A stretch of 64,000 nt of DNA. Source: Elusimicrobiota bacterium (GTDB lineage Bacteria > Elusimicrobiota > Elusimicrobia > Elusimicrobiales > UBA9959). The stretch is from positions 97,671 through 161,670 of the forward strand of contig DMES01000077.1 in the NCBI GenBank assembly GCA_003450815.1. Direction: 5' to 3'. The notes under the pieces are model-generated. The model was not told the origin of the DNA, ran no database searches, and saw nothing but the letters and a program-made list of their open reading frames with translations. Positions 19,025-28,629 of the stretch are shown here, piece by piece; the first letter of the stretch is position 1, and each line of letters opens with the position of its first letter. A program made the translations under genes and the position numbers.

Positions 19025-19497
19025 TGGCGGACCTGCTGGTAAAACTCTACTCCCTGCCGGAAAGCGGCGGGGTTTGTGCCGCCCTTAAAGAAAAAGGTGT
19101 TGAAATAAAACGCGCCATCGGCCCTGAAAAATCGGCGGTGGTCGGCTGGGTGCTGGCCAATTTTTCAAAAGCCTGGGCAAGCGAGGCGGATGTGGCATTC
19201 TCGCAAAATCCTCCCGGCCTTTTTATTGCGGTGAAAGACGGCGGCATTCTCGGGTTTGCCTGTTATGATGCCACCGCCAAAGGCTTTTTCGGGCCGATAG
19301 GCGTGGCGGAAACAGCGCGAACAGGCGGGCTTGGCACCGGACTTCTCCTGCGGACGCTTGAAGCCATGCGCGAAGCCGGCTACGGCTATGCGATCGTGGG
19401 CTGGGCGGGGCCGGTGGATTTCTTTGAAAAGACCGTAGGCGCGGTGGTTATTGCGGGCTCGGAACCCGGGGTTTATAAGAATATGGTAAAAGGGTGA
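19024..19497 (+). CDS. GNAT-family N-acetyltransferase
   Basis: GPIGVAETARTGGLGTGLLLRTLEAMREAGYGYAIV matches the acetyl-CoA binding motif A (R/Q-x-x-G-x-G/A). Confidence 0.65.
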   Translation: MADLLVKLYSLPESGGVCAALKEKGVEIKRAIGPEKSAVVGWVLANFSKAWASEADVAFSQNPPGLFIAVKDGGILGFACYDATAKGFFGPIGVAETARTGGLGTGLLLRTLEAMREAGYGYAIVGWAGPVDFFEKTVGAVVIAGSEPGVYKNMVKG

Positions 19498-19595
19498 TTA
19501 AGTAATTAAGTGATTGAGTAAAGAGTTATTACGCTGGGGGAGAGAATATCTAACAAAAACCTTAATCACTAAATCACTTAATTACTTAATCACTC
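19494..19595. repeat. Word-palindrome hairpin (GTGATTAA/GTAATTAA words)
   Basis: The arms are gtgattaagtaattaagtgattgag and cttaatcactaaatcacttaattacttaatcactc. The core starts taaagagttatt (19519). It overlaps the GNAT stop codon and ends 7 nt before the next ATG. Confidence 0.7.
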
Positions 19596-19601
19596 ACAAC
19601 A

Positions 19602-20372
19602 ATGAAACTTAAAAACGATTGGCACAAAGATTTCTTTAATAACACATTCTATAATCCGGCCTCTCCGGCGGCGGTGGAAAAAGCGCCATCAGAGGCGCGC
19701 TTTGTATTAAAACAGTTGAAACTTAAAAAAGGGGCCGCTCTGCTGGACCTCTGCTGCGGGCCGGGCCGGCACGCGGTGGAATTCGCAAAAAAAGGCCTGA
19801 ATGTCACCGGCTATGATTTCTCAGAAGAATACCTGAATGAAGCCGCCGCCCGCGCCAAAAAGCGTAAAGTAACAATCCGCCTGACGCGCGGTGATATGCG
19901 CGCTCTTAAATACAAAAATGAATTTGACGCCGTAGTCAATCTTTTTACCAGCTTCGGCTATTTCCAGAGATTTTCCGATGACATGAAAGTTTTAAAGGGC
20001 CTCTTCCGCGCGCTGAAACCCGGCGGCAGGCTGCTGATAGATATTATTCACGGCGATTTTGTACGCGCACACTTCCTCCCCCGCAACTGGGCCAAAATGC
20101 CGGGCGGAGGCTTTCACCTTGAAAACACATATTACCACAAGAACAGGAAAGGGGTTTTTAACACCTGGACCATATTGAAACCGGGAAAAAAACCGGTCAG
20201 CCGCTCCTTCTTTAACCGCCTCTACAACAAGAAAAACATAAGCGCGGCCCTGAAAAACGCCGGGTTGACTCCCTTAAAATTCTGGGGCAATTTCCGCGGC
20301 CAGCCACTCTCCACCCAAAAAAACCGCTTAATAGTGCTGGCGGTGAAAAAGCCTAAAAAAACCTCCAGATGA
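19602..20372 (+). CDS. Class I SAM-dependent methyltransferase
   Basis: LLDLCCGPGRHAVEFAKKG (motif I), followed by an acidic loop and FDAVVNLFTS. Confidence 0.8.
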   Translation: MKLKNDWHKDFFNNTFYNPASPAAVEKAPSEARFVLKQLKLKKGAALLDLCCGPGRHAVEFAKKGLNVTGYDFSEEYLNEAAARAKKRKVTIRLTRGDMRALKYKNEFDAVVNLFTSFGYFQRFSDDMKVLKGLFRALKPGGRLLIDIIHGDFVRAHFLPRNWAKMPGGGFHLENTYYHKNRKGVFNTWTILKPGKKPVSRSFFNRLYNKKNISAALKNAGLTPLKFWGNFRGQPLSTQKNRLIVLAVKKPKKTSR

Positions 20373-20445
20373 ACATTACACAACTGGAAACACAAGGAAC
20401 AAAAAAAGCCGGTTTTTTGTATTATATTTAACAGTTCAATACCCC

Positions 20446-21981
20446 ATGAGAATTATAAAGGTTTTATCAGCGACAGCTCTTATCTCCGGGCTCTCGTTTT
20501 TTTACTTTTCCCCGGCAGAAAGGCGGATGACCAATCCACCGGGAGCTATGCGGGATTCCCCCGTTTCCGCAGGAGCGCTTGAACAGGCGGTCCGTTATAA
20601 TAACGATATTCTTCCCACCCCGGAACCGCGGCAGACCGCTCCCGGGAAGCTTCCCGCGCAGGATGGCGGGGCGACAATCGCGCCGGTAAGGGATTGGACC
20701 GTTATCTACTACTCCACAACAAAGGACATTCTTTCCTATTCGCTGATATCGGCGCTGCTTGAAATGAAAAAAACAGGCACCACGGACCGGGTGAATGTGG
20801 TCGTGGAAGCCGCTCTGCCTGTCCGGTCGCCCTCAGGAACACTGTCGGTTCCCTCCATCCGTATGGTGCTGGGAAAAGCCGCCGATCCCGAAAAGATAGC
20901 CGGATACTCGCGTTTGCTGCGCAGGTACACGGAGGGAGTGATAGACTCCGCTGTCCTTAAAGCTTTCTCAGGGGATATTGTTAAAACTGAAAACAACGCG
21001 GATACAGGGGACTGGCGCCGGGCCGCGGAATTCATCAACTGGGCCCGGGAAAATTATCCGGCAAAGAGATACGCGCTTGTTCTGTTCGGCCACGGCGAGG
21101 GTTTTCTGGACCGGAAAAAGTTCCTGAACAATGGCAAGGGTGTCCTGATAGACGCCGTCACCCATAATTATGTGACGCTCCCTGAACTACGCCTGCTGAT
21201 GGCCGCTACCGGTAAGGTGGATCTTTTTGCGATGCATTCCTGCGTCATGCAGATGGCGGAGGTGGCCTACCAGCTCAGGGATTACGCCGATGTTATAGTC
21301 GGTTCCAGCGATCTCCAATTCGGCACGGGTTACGACATGAGAGGGTTTTTGGACGCACTGAACGCCGCGCCGGGAGCCAGCAGCAAAGCCTTAGGCGCGG
21401 ACTTGGCGGCGGGTTATGTGCGCAGAATCCATGATCGGGCTTCACCAAGAGTGCCGGGCGCCCAGGCATCTGCTCTTTCGTCGTCAAAATTACAGGGTTT
21501 TACCGCCAGGCTTGACGCTTGGGTGGACGCTGTCATGGCTTTGAAGGATAAAAGGGTCTTCAGGACCGCAATACATGAAGTGGTTCGCTTTGATATTTTT
21601 GCAATCACCCCGAAAACCGCTAATGCGGCTGCGGCCAGGGCTTATTCAATATCGGGGGACCTTTATGATTTTGTCCGCCTGATAAATGAAAACCTGCCGC
21701 AGGATGACCCCGTAAGCCCGCTTGCCCGCGGTCGTGGCATTGAATTAATGGATTTTATAGCGGGCGAGCTGGTGGCCGGCTATTCCTATACCGGCAACTC
21801 CACAACCGGTTTTGGCCTGGGCCGCGCCCATGGCCTTGCCATTCATGTGCCGCCGGAGCTGTTCTATGAGGACTCCTTGGAAGGTTTCAATAGTATCTCA
21901 GAGACTAATTATTGGGATCTGCCTTTTGCCAAAGAAACCAGATGGGGAACTTTTCTTAACTGGCTTTATGCCGCGAAATGA
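20446..21981 (+). CDS. Clostripain-like (C11 family) cysteine peptidase, secreted
   Basis: N-terminal anchor. WTVIYYSTT...VNVVVEA, then LVLFGHGEGF (catalytic His context) and LFAMHSCVMQMAEVAYQL (catalytic Cys context). Confidence 0.6.
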   Translation: MRIIKVLSATALISGLSFFYFSPAERRMTNPPGAMRDSPVSAGALEQAVRYNNDILPTPEPRQTAPGKLPAQDGGATIAPVRDWTVIYYSTTKDILSYSLISALLEMKKTGTTDRVNVVVEAALPVRSPSGTLSVPSIRMVLGKAADPEKIAGYSRLLRRYTEGVIDSAVLKAFSGDIVKTENNADTGDWRRAAEFINWARENYPAKRYALVLFGHGEGFLDRKKFLNNGKGVLIDAVTHNYVTLPELRLLMAATGKVDLFAMHSCVMQMAEVAYQLRDYADVIVGSSDLQFGTGYDMRGFLDALNAAPGASSKALGADLAAGYVRRIHDRASPRVPGAQASALSSSKLQGFTARLDAWVDAVMALKDKRVFRTAIHEVVRFDIFAITPKTANAAAARAYSISGDLYDFVRLINENLPQDDPVSPLARGRGIELMDFIAGELVAGYSYTGNSTTGFGLGRAHGLAIHVPPELFYEDSLEGFNSISETNYWDLPFAKETRWGTFLNWLYAAK

Positions 21982-22766
21982 AAAAAACCATTGATAACTT
22001 CCCAATGTTTCCCACAGATCTGAAAATACTCGGCGTGCTGGAATCCTGTTTTCAGGAAAAATTCGGCACCCCGCGCCAGCCGCAGCTTGTGCCCGGCTCT
22101 TCGGCTAAATTGCGCATTTATCCGCAATATGCTCCGAAACATTCTCTTTCAGGCTTATCGGGATTCAGCCATGTCTGGCTTCTGTCCTGGTTTCACTTAA
22201 ACACAAATAAAACCTTTCACCCTAAAATTCACCCACCGCGCCTCAAAGGCGGCAAAATAGGTGTTTTCGCCTCGCGCTCGCCCCACCGCCCAAATCCCGT
22301 GGGCCTGTCGCTCGCAAAACTTGAGCGGGTGGAGGAGGATACTCTTTACTTTTCCGGCATAGACCTGGTAAACGGCACCCCTATTTTTGACATCAAACCT
22401 TACCTTCCCGCAAGCGACGCCGCGGCGTCAGCGCTGGCCGGCTGGCCGGAACACAGCGCTTTCCCTGAATTAGAGGTGGTATTTTCAACACGGGCGCTTA
22501 AGGACATTGCGGCAATTGAAGCATCGGGCGGACGGAATTTCAGGACGCTGGTGGCCGATACTCTGCGGCACGACCCGCGCAACGCCAGGGACAAAGCGCA
22601 GATGAAAGACGGCGCGGACTGGGGCTTTTTCCTCTGGAATCACGATGTGCATTTTTCAGTGGCCGGCGGCACGGCCATAGTGCTGCGCGTGGACACCGGA
22701 ACAAAGTTTGAGAAAAAGTTTCACCGGGAAAAACCACCCCCCCCGACAATTAATCCGGGGACATAA
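21978..22766 (+). CDS. trmO: tRNA (m6t6A37) methyltransferase TrmO (TsaA/YaeB family)
   Basis: FGTPRQP..., SHVWLLSWFH, RSPHRPNPVGLSLAKL and GTPIFDIKPYLP motifs. Confidence 0.8.
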   Translation: MKKTIDNFPMFPTDLKILGVLESCFQEKFGTPRQPQLVPGSSAKLRIYPQYAPKHSLSGLSGFSHVWLLSWFHLNTNKTFHPKIHPPRLKGGKIGVFASRSPHRPNPVGLSLAKLERVEEDTLYFSGIDLVNGTPIFDIKPYLPASDAAASALAGWPEHSAFPELEVVFSTRALKDIAAIEASGGRNFRTLVADTLRHDPRNARDKAQMKDGADWGFFLWNHDVHFSVAGGTAIVLRVDTGTKFEKKFHREKPPPPTINPGT

Positions 22767-22802
22767 TACCTATTTTTCTGAATTAGGTATTATGTCCCCG
22801 GA
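22754..22802. terminator. Bidirectional hairpin between convergent trmO and rlmN
   Basis: An 18-bp perfect stem, tccggggacataatacct / aggtattatgtccccgga, with a 13-nt T-rich loop. Both stop codons lie inside the stem. Confidence 0.6.
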
Positions 22803-23818
22803 TTTACGGCGAGCTGGCCGCAGGCAGCCATTATATCGGACCCTTTTTCCACTCGCAGATAGGTGCGTATCCCGGCCGCAATCAGCAGCTTCTGAAATTC
22901 TTTGACCCGCGCGTGGCTGTCAGCGCGTACTGGGCCGCCGCGCCACAGGTTATGCGGAATAAGATTTACACGGCAACCAATGCCCTTAATCAGCTTAATT
23001 AATTTCTCCGCGTCGGAGGGGGAATCGTTTTCCCCGCCAAGAACAAGATACTCAAAAAACACCTGGGCATTCCGGGCCAGACAATAATGCCGCGCGGCCT
23101 CAATCACCTCCGCCAAAGGATATGTCGCATTCATCGGCACAAGTTTTGCTCGTTGCTTTTCATCCGCCGTTACAACGGATATGGCCAGTTTTATTTTAAG
23201 GTCAGATTTTGCGAGCTCCTGTATTACCGGCACAATGCCCACTGTGGATACCGTCATTTTTGTCTGCGGAAAATTACAACCTTTGTTGTCGGAAAGTATA
23301 AGTATGCTTTTTTTGACGTTTTCCCAGTTTAAAAAAGGTTCACCCATGCCCATGAACACTACGCTGCTTAAGTTCCCGCCGGCCTCACGCAGGCAGGCGG
23401 CGAACTGCGCCGTTATTTCTGAAGGCTTAAGGTCGCGCCTGAAACCAAGAGCGCCTGTGGCGCAAAAAACACAGCCGCAGGCACAGCCGGCCTGTGAAGA
23501 GAGACAGGCGGAAACCCTGTTTTTACCGGGAATAATTACGCTTTCAACCTCAGCGCCATCCTGAAACCTGAAAAGCAGTTTAATCGTGCCGTCAATTTTT
23601 GAAACTCGCCTGTCAATTACCGGAAACCAGGCAAGCGAATACCCGGCTGCGAGTTTAACTTTAACGCTTTCAGGAATGCCGGACAGCTCCGAAAAGTTCC
23701 CGGCATTTTTTCTGCATAAACAGCCAAACACCCGCGTTGCGTGGGCTTTCTTCACGCCAAGCGAAATCATTATCTCCGAAAGTTCGGAACGGGTGTAATC
23801 CCTGATATCAGGAAACAT
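22790..23818 (-). CDS. rlmN: 23S rRNA/tRNA m2A methyltransferase RlmN (radical SAM)
   Basis: CLSSQAGCACGCVFCATG is the radical-SAM cluster motif. GMGEPFLNW and the C-terminal AACGQL are also present. Confidence 0.9.
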   Translation of the reverse strand: MFPDIRDYTRSELSEIMISLGVKKAHATRVFGCLCRKNAGNFSELSGIPESVKVKLAAGYSLAWFPVIDRRVSKIDGTIKLLFRFQDGAEVESVIIPGKNRVSACLSSQAGCACGCVFCATGALGFRRDLKPSEITAQFAACLREAGGNLSSVVFMGMGEPFLNWENVKKSILILSDNKGCNFPQTKMTVSTVGIVPVIQELAKSDLKIKLAISVVTADEKQRAKLVPMNATYPLAEVIEAARHYCLARNAQVFFEYLVLGGENDSPSDAEKLIKLIKGIGCRVNLIPHNLWRGGPVRADSHARVKEFQKLLIAAGIRTYLRVEKGSDIMAACGQLAVNPGT

Positions 23819-23900
23819 AGGTCAATAATACAAAAAAGTGAAGCAGGGGTTTGTCGAGGGTTTAAGACTAACAACGGTGTAAACCTTAAGCCTTGTGCCT

Positions 23901-24926
23901 TCAGCCTTCAGCCAGTTCAAACATTTTTTCTATGGCTTTTTTAGCCCTGGCAGCTATTTCGGGGGGGACTGTTACTAATTGTTCTTTTGAAGGTTTTTTA
24001 AGCGTCTGCAGGATATTTTCAAGCGTAACGGCTTTCATGTACGGGCACAGCCGGCACATGGCGATAAAGTTTTTATCGGGAAACTTTATGCGCGCCAGTT
24101 CCCCAAAACCGCATTCCGTAACCAGCAGATAGGCGGCGGCGTTAGTGTTCTCCACATAGCGCATCATGTCGCCGGTGCCGCCCATATAATCCACCGCGTT
24201 TATTATATCCGAGGGACATTCCGCGTGAGCAAGAACGGCTACGCCCGGGTAATTCTTCCGGTAAAGCGCTATTGTACGCGCATCAAAATGCTCATGAACT
24301 ACGCAGGAACCGTTCCATAAAATTATGTCCTCGCCGGGCGTTTTGCCCAGAACTTTAGCCAGATTTGCGCCCATAAACCTGTCGGGGATGAAAATCACCT
24401 TTTTGTTCTTTTCGTAGATACGGCGAAGTATCTTTTCCGCGTTGGCGCTGGTCACAATGCAGTCGGACTCCGCTTTCACCTCGGCTGAAGTGTTTATATA
24501 GGTCACTACCGACGCGCCGGGATGCGCGGCTTTTAGCCCGCGCACATCTTCGGCTGTCACGCTTTCACTGAGCGAGCAGCCGGCGTCAAGAGAAGGAATG
24601 TACACTTTCTTTGCGGGGTTTAAAACGGCCGCCGTTTCAGCCATGAACCGCACTCCGCAGAAAACAATAATATCCGCCGCCGTATGCCGCGAATCGTCGG
24701 CCAGCTTGTAAGAATCACCCACAAAGTCGCCTATACCAAGGATTATCTCCGGCGTCTGGTAAACATGCGCGCAGATAACGGCATTTTTTTCTTTTTTAAG
24801 CCTGTTTATCTCTTCCGTCAGCGCCGCTATTTGGTCCAGCCGTCCCTCCACGCACCGATGGTGGAGCCCCAGCGCCATCAGCCTTTTGGATTCTTCCTTA
24901 ATCTCGCTTTCATTGATACAAGACAT
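23901..24926 (-). CDS. nadA: Quinolinate synthase
   Basis: ICAHVYQTPEI, FCGVRFMAETA, VVTYINTSAEVKA and AHAECP motifs. Confidence 0.9.
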   Translation of the reverse strand: MSCINESEIKEESKRLMALGLHHRCVEGRLDQIAALTEEINRLKKEKNAVICAHVYQTPEIILGIGDFVGDSYKLADDSRHTAADIIVFCGVRFMAETAAVLNPAKKVYIPSLDAGCSLSESVTAEDVRGLKAAHPGASVVTYINTSAEVKAESDCIVTSANAEKILRRIYEKNKKVIFIPDRFMGANLAKVLGKTPGEDIILWNGSCVVHEHFDARTIALYRKNYPGVAVLAHAECPSDIINAVDYMGGTGDMMRYVENTNAAAYLLVTECGFGELARIKFPDKNFIAMCRLCPYMKAVTLENILQTLKKPSKEQLVTVPPEIAARAKKAIEKMFELAEG

Positions 24927-24978
24927 AAAAATTCAGGAACACCTTCCCTAACCCCTATTCCCTATTCGCTATTCGCTG
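24927..24978. repeat. Half copy of the GGGxTAG word element (no partner arm)
   Basis: The minus strand reads gcgaatagcgaatagggaataggggttagggaaggtgttcctgaattttt and then the nadA ATG. The words overlap the last 5 codons of the upstream phosphodiesterase gene. Confidence 0.45.
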
Positions 24979-25702
24979 CATTTGTTCCCATTATATCCGG
25001 ATAATTCGTAAAAATACCGTCCACGCCCATTTCCTTCATGCGCAGGGCGTCGTTCTTTTCGTTTACCGTGTAAACACAGACGCGGAAACCGGCTTTTTTT
25101 ATTTCTGCCACATTAAGCAGGCCCGCCAGCCGGAAATTGAAGTGGAAATTCTCCGCGCTGATGGCCTTGGCTTTTTTAAGAGCCACCGGAAGCAGCACAG
25201 CGCTTAAGCCATGGTTCAGATAGGCCAACCGCAGTGCCGGTGAAAGCCCGCGGCACCGGTCAGCCGTACCGGGGTCAAAACTGGAAACCACCGCCTTTTC
25301 AAACAGCGCGGGCCTTAAGCGCAGAAAAGCCAACAGGTCTCCCTCTATGCCAGGGTAAACATTGCCGTCGTTCTTTATCTCAAAATTCAGCCAGCTCGCC
25401 GCGGGCTCAACAATTTCAAGAACTTCCTCTAGCCTTGGAACCCTCTGAAAAGCCGGATCTTTGGAGAAATGCGCCGCCACATTTATTTCTTTCAGTTCGG
25501 CGTATGTAAGCTCCGCTATTTTGGCATCTGTAGCGGCCGTTCTCTTAAGGTCAAAATCATGATGCGCCACCAGAATACCATCGCGCGTGCGGTGCAAGTC
25601 AAATTCAAAATCCCGTGAGCCCATTTTAACGGCCAGCTCAAAAGCCTTTAGAGTATTTTCCGGAGCATAGCCCGAAGCCCCGCGATGAGCTATTATTTTC
25701 AT
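24962..25702 (-). CDS. Glycerophosphodiester phosphodiesterase
   Basis: MKIIAHRGASGYAPENTLKAF and FEFDLHRTRDGILVAHHD are GDPD family signatures. Confidence 0.85.
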   Translation of the reverse strand: MKIIAHRGASGYAPENTLKAFELAVKMGSRDFEFDLHRTRDGILVAHHDFDLKRTAATDAKIAELTYAELKEINVAAHFSKDPAFQRVPRLEEVLEIVEPAASWLNFEIKNDGNVYPGIEGDLLAFLRLRPALFEKAVVSSFDPGTADRCRGLSPALRLAYLNHGLSAVLLPVALKKAKAISAENFHFNFRLAGLLNVAEIKKAGFRVCVYTVNEKNDALRMKEMGVDGIFTNYPDIMGTNAANSE

Positions 25703-26511
25703 ATAAACGCTTTTTTTATGCCTTTAAACATCTCGTCGCTGTATTCAAACCCGAACATCTTGTCACGGTCCGTGCCGGGGCCGTGAAAATCTATGCCGGC
25801 GGTGATAAAAAGGCCGTACCGCGCTGCAAGCGCTATAAATTCCCTGGTACGTGTATTGCTGTGCGATGGATAAAAAGCTTCAATCCCGTCAAGGCCCATT
25901 TCTTTCCAGGCAGCCAGGTCAAGAATTTTAGCCACCACTCCCGGATGAGCCAGTACCGCAAGCCCCCCTGCCGCCTTGATCGTTTTAATAACTTCCTCTA
26001 TGCAGGGGCCATTCGGCGGCACATAGGCCGGCCGTCCCCAGCCGATATATCTTTCAAAAGCTTCCTTGTGCGCTTTTACGAGGCATTTTTTTTTAAGCAG
26101 GTTCGCTATGTGCGGACGGCCTATGGTACACGCATTATTAAAAGGAAGTTCTTCATAAGAAACGTCAAGGCCCAAGCCGCGCAGGAGCGCCATGATTTGT
26201 TTCAGCCTTTCACGGCGTTTCTCCCTAAATCCAGCAGTTTTGACAAGCAACGCCGGGTTTGCCGGATCCAGGCCGTAGCCGAGTATATGCAGGCTGTCGT
26301 GCAAATTGGAGCTTAACTCCACCCCATAACAATAAATTATCCCGGCCTCTTTTAAAGCCGGTTCCAGCCCGGCCCAACCGCCGGTTATATCGTGATCGGT
26401 AAGTGAGAAATACTTGATGCCGGCCCGCGCGACCTCCCGGACCAGCGCTTCCGGAGTGAGAGTACCGTCAGAATAAGAGGAATGGTTATGAAGGTTTATC
26501 AGGGGAAGCAT
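25699..26511 (-). CDS. PHP-domain phosphoesterase (TrpH/YciV-like)
   Basis: INLHNHSSYSDGTLTP...SLTDHD, and later AHPG...GIEAFY. The start was placed at the internal Met (26511) because the upstream 29 codons are low-complexity repeat sequence. Confidence 0.75.
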   Translation of the reverse strand: MLPLINLHNHSSYSDGTLTPEALVREVARAGIKYFSLTDHDITGGWAGLEPALKEAGIIYCYGVELSSNLHDSLHILGYGLDPANPALLVKTAGFREKRRERLKQIMALLRGLGLDVSYEELPFNNACTIGRPHIANLLKKKCLVKAHKEAFERYIGWGRPAYVPPNGPCIEEVIKTIKAAGGLAVLAHPGVVAKILDLAAWKEMGLDGIEAFYPSHSNTRTREFIALAARYGLFITAGIDFHGPGTDRDKMFGFEYSDEMFKGIKKAFI

Positions 26512-26649
26512 AAGAAAAGACAAAGTGAAAACAGCAAAGTGCAAAATCGGGGATGAAAACGGGCAGAACCCGCAGGAGCAGGCGTATGACGGGAACAATT
26601 ATTAAAGGCCTCTGCCTTTACCACCCTATTCTCTATACGCTGCCGTTTC

Positions 26650-26874
26650 TCACCCAACCCGCACTTCTTTGACTTCGGGAACTTCTTCCTTTATCATCTT
26701 TTCCACCACATGTTTAAGCGTCATAGTGGCATGCGGGCAGCAGCCGCAGGCGCCGGTAAGTTTTACAGTTACCACGCCGGTTTTTTCATCCACCCCCAGC
26801 AACTCAACGGAGCCGCCGTCAGCCGCAAGCATGGGCTTGATTTTTACAATTACTTTTTCAATCTTGTTCTTCAT
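26650..26874 (-). CDS. NifU C-terminal-like (Nfu) iron-sulfur scaffold/carrier protein
   Basis: ADGGSVELLGVDEKTGVVTVKLTGACGCCPHATMTLK is the Nfu CxxC motif. AGGAGG RBS before the ATG at 26874. Confidence 0.75.
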   Translation of the reverse strand: MKNKIEKVIVKIKPMLAADGGSVELLGVDEKTGVVTVKLTGACGCCPHATMTLKHVVEKMIKEEVPEVKEVRVG

Positions 26875-27065
26875 AAGACCTCCTGGCTTAAAGCAGGCAT
26901 CGGTAAAGGTATAGATAAAGGAACTGTCACTTCTCACTTGACGCTGAATTATGCTTAGCCCCTACCTTAACCTCTACCTTTCCCTTTGTCTCTGCCTGCT
27001 GTTACTAATTATAGCAAGTCTGCCTCAAGCACCGCTAAAACCAAAATATTTGTACAATATCGGAT

Positions 27066-27443
27066 ATGCTGCGCGAAACGCCTAATATCCGCCAGATACC
27101 AGGGGAACCGCCGCGCCGGTGGTTTGCGGACGAGTTTTTTGACCTTATAGTCTGGTTTGACACGGACGGGGCCGTGAACGGGTTTCAGTTGTGCTACGAC
27201 CGCGAGTTCCACCCGCGTGCTTTAACCTGGACAAAGAGCGCAGGCTATACCCATAACGCCATAGACGACGGAGACACCGCTACAGGTTCGCACAAATCCT
27301 CTCCGGTGCTAGTTCCCGACGGCGCTTTCAACGCAAAAAACATTTACAGCCAGTTTGAAAAAGCAAGCGCTCTTCTGCCGGAAGATATCTGCAAAATAAC
27401 GCTTGAAAAAATAAAAGAGTTTCCGGATGCTGACAAACTTTAA
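27066..27443 (+). CDS. Hypothetical protein
   Basis: 125-aa ORF that overlaps the next gene by 17 nt. No family recognised. Confidence 0.4.
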   Translation: MLRETPNIRQIPGEPPRRWFADEFFDLIVWFDTDGAVNGFQLCYDREFHPRALTWTKSAGYTHNAIDDGDTATGSHKSSPVLVPDGAFNAKNIYSQFEKASALLPEDICKITLEKIKEFPDADKL

Positions 27444-27915
27444 ACCGGCCATGGGCAGCGGCGACGACGGAACGACCGGCCTGCTTTTGGGCAGGCGGGT
27501 TTCAAAAACCGATGTGCGCGTGAAGGCGAACGCCCTTATAGACGAGTTAACCGCCTGGCTGGGGCTTGCTAAAACCAAGGGACCGGCCTCCTCGCGGGAT
27601 GGGCTGGAAGCCGCGCAAAAAGACCTGTTCACGCTTGCCGCCCACATAGCCGGGCTTGATAATTCAAAAACGATAGAATCCGTAACCCGCAAACTTGAAA
27701 AAGAAATAACCCGCCTCTCCGAAAACCTGCCTAAACTTAAATCTTTCACGGTTCCCGGCAAAACCGAAGCGGAGGCTACGCTGCACTTAGCCCGCGCCAG
27801 GTGCCGCTCAGCCGAGATATTAACCTGGCATGTAAAAAAAGCCAAACCCTGCGCCGTTTACCTAAACCGCCTATCCGATTACCTCTTCCTGTTAACCCAG
27901 ATAAGTTGCAAGTAA
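27427..27915 (+). CDS. PduO-type ATP:cob(I)alamin adenosyltransferase
   Basis: GDDGTTGLL..RVSK.D.RV.A...IDEL, FTVPGKT...LHLARARCR.AE and NRLSDYLFLL are MMAB/PduO signatures. Confidence 0.8.
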   Translation: MLTNFKPAMGSGDDGTTGLLLGRRVSKTDVRVKANALIDELTAWLGLAKTKGPASSRDGLEAAQKDLFTLAAHIAGLDNSKTIESVTRKLEKEITRLSENLPKLKSFTVPGKTEAEATLHLARARCRSAEILTWHVKKAKPCAVYLNRLSDYLFLLTQISCK

Positions 27916-27940
27916 TACCCTAAAAAATATTTATGGCCAA

Positions 27941-27973
27941 TCATGCTCCTGCATGGTATATTGGTTTAGCCAT
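27941..27973 (-). pseudogene. Remnant of the 5' end of a paralogue of the 29723-30613 regulator gene
   Basis: The minus strand reads ATG GCT AAA CCA ATA TAC CAT GCA GGA GCA TGA. The ATG and its upstream 51 nt align to the regulator's start region at 30610-30660 (offset 2640 nt). Confidence 0.5.
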
Positions 27974-28020
27974 CGGCTAAACAAAAGGCGTTTTTATTTA
28001 ACCGCCGCTCCTGGGTCAAA
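27970..28020. repeat. Conserved divergent-promoter block, copy A (copy B at 30610-30660)
   Basis: ccatcggctaaacaaaaggcGtttttatttaAccgccgctcctgggtcaaa matches copy B at 49 of 51 positions. The minus strand carries TTGACC, 17 nt, then TAAAAA. Confidence 0.65.
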
Positions 28021-28145
28021 TACCCTGACGGACTTGGTTCTTCGGCCTCATGAAGTTCACCGGCAAACGGAGTAAACTTATATCATGAGGCTTTGGAACG
28101 GCACGGTAAGCCACATCCGGGATCAAGCACTAAGGAGATAATAAA

Positions 28146-28628
28146 ATGAAAACCACTAAAATATTTGCCACCGCGGTGTTCACGGTCTTCGCTTACGGCG
28201 TAGCTTATGCCGGGGAGTTAGAAGCGGAAAGGATGGATAGCGGCATAAAGTTCGGCGAAACATCTTTTATGACCGAGGCCCCCGCGGTCCAGGGGGCCGG
28301 CGACTTTAAAGCCGGGCCCACAGCGGCACTGACCGTGAGCCTCAAGAAGGAAGCGGCTAAAGTATCCGTTCCTCCCCTGCCCGACAGCGCAAGCAAAGAT
28401 AAGGCGCCGAGCATACAGAAAAAGACCCCTAAGCAGGTCATAGCCGGCGACATAGCTGGTTTTAAGTCAATCAAAGGCGCCAAGAACATCTCCAAGTATG
28501 TCGGGGAGACTCTTTTAATCGGACTTGGCGGCGTTGGTATCGGGCTTCTGGCTTTCGGCGGTCTTGCCCCGGCTCTTATGCTGGGCGCGGTGTTAACGGT
28601 GATGTTTGTGGTCGGCGGCCCTAAGTAA
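28146..28628 (+). CDS. Secreted/membrane protein with a C-terminal glycine-zipper hydrophobic hairpin
   Basis: TAAGGAG RBS. Signal peptide MKTTKIFATAVFTVFAYGVAYA. A Lys/Pro/Ala linker. The C-terminus is LLIGLGGVGIGLLAFGGLAPALMLGAVLTVMFVVGG. Confidence 0.55.
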   Translation: MKTTKIFATAVFTVFAYGVAYAGELEAERMDSGIKFGETSFMTEAPAVQGAGDFKAGPTAALTVSLKKEAAKVSVPPLPDSASKDKAPSIQKKTPKQVIAGDIAGFKSIKGAKNISKYVGETLLIGLGGVGIGLLAFGGLAPALMLGAVLTVMFVVGGPK

Positions 28629-28629
28629 A

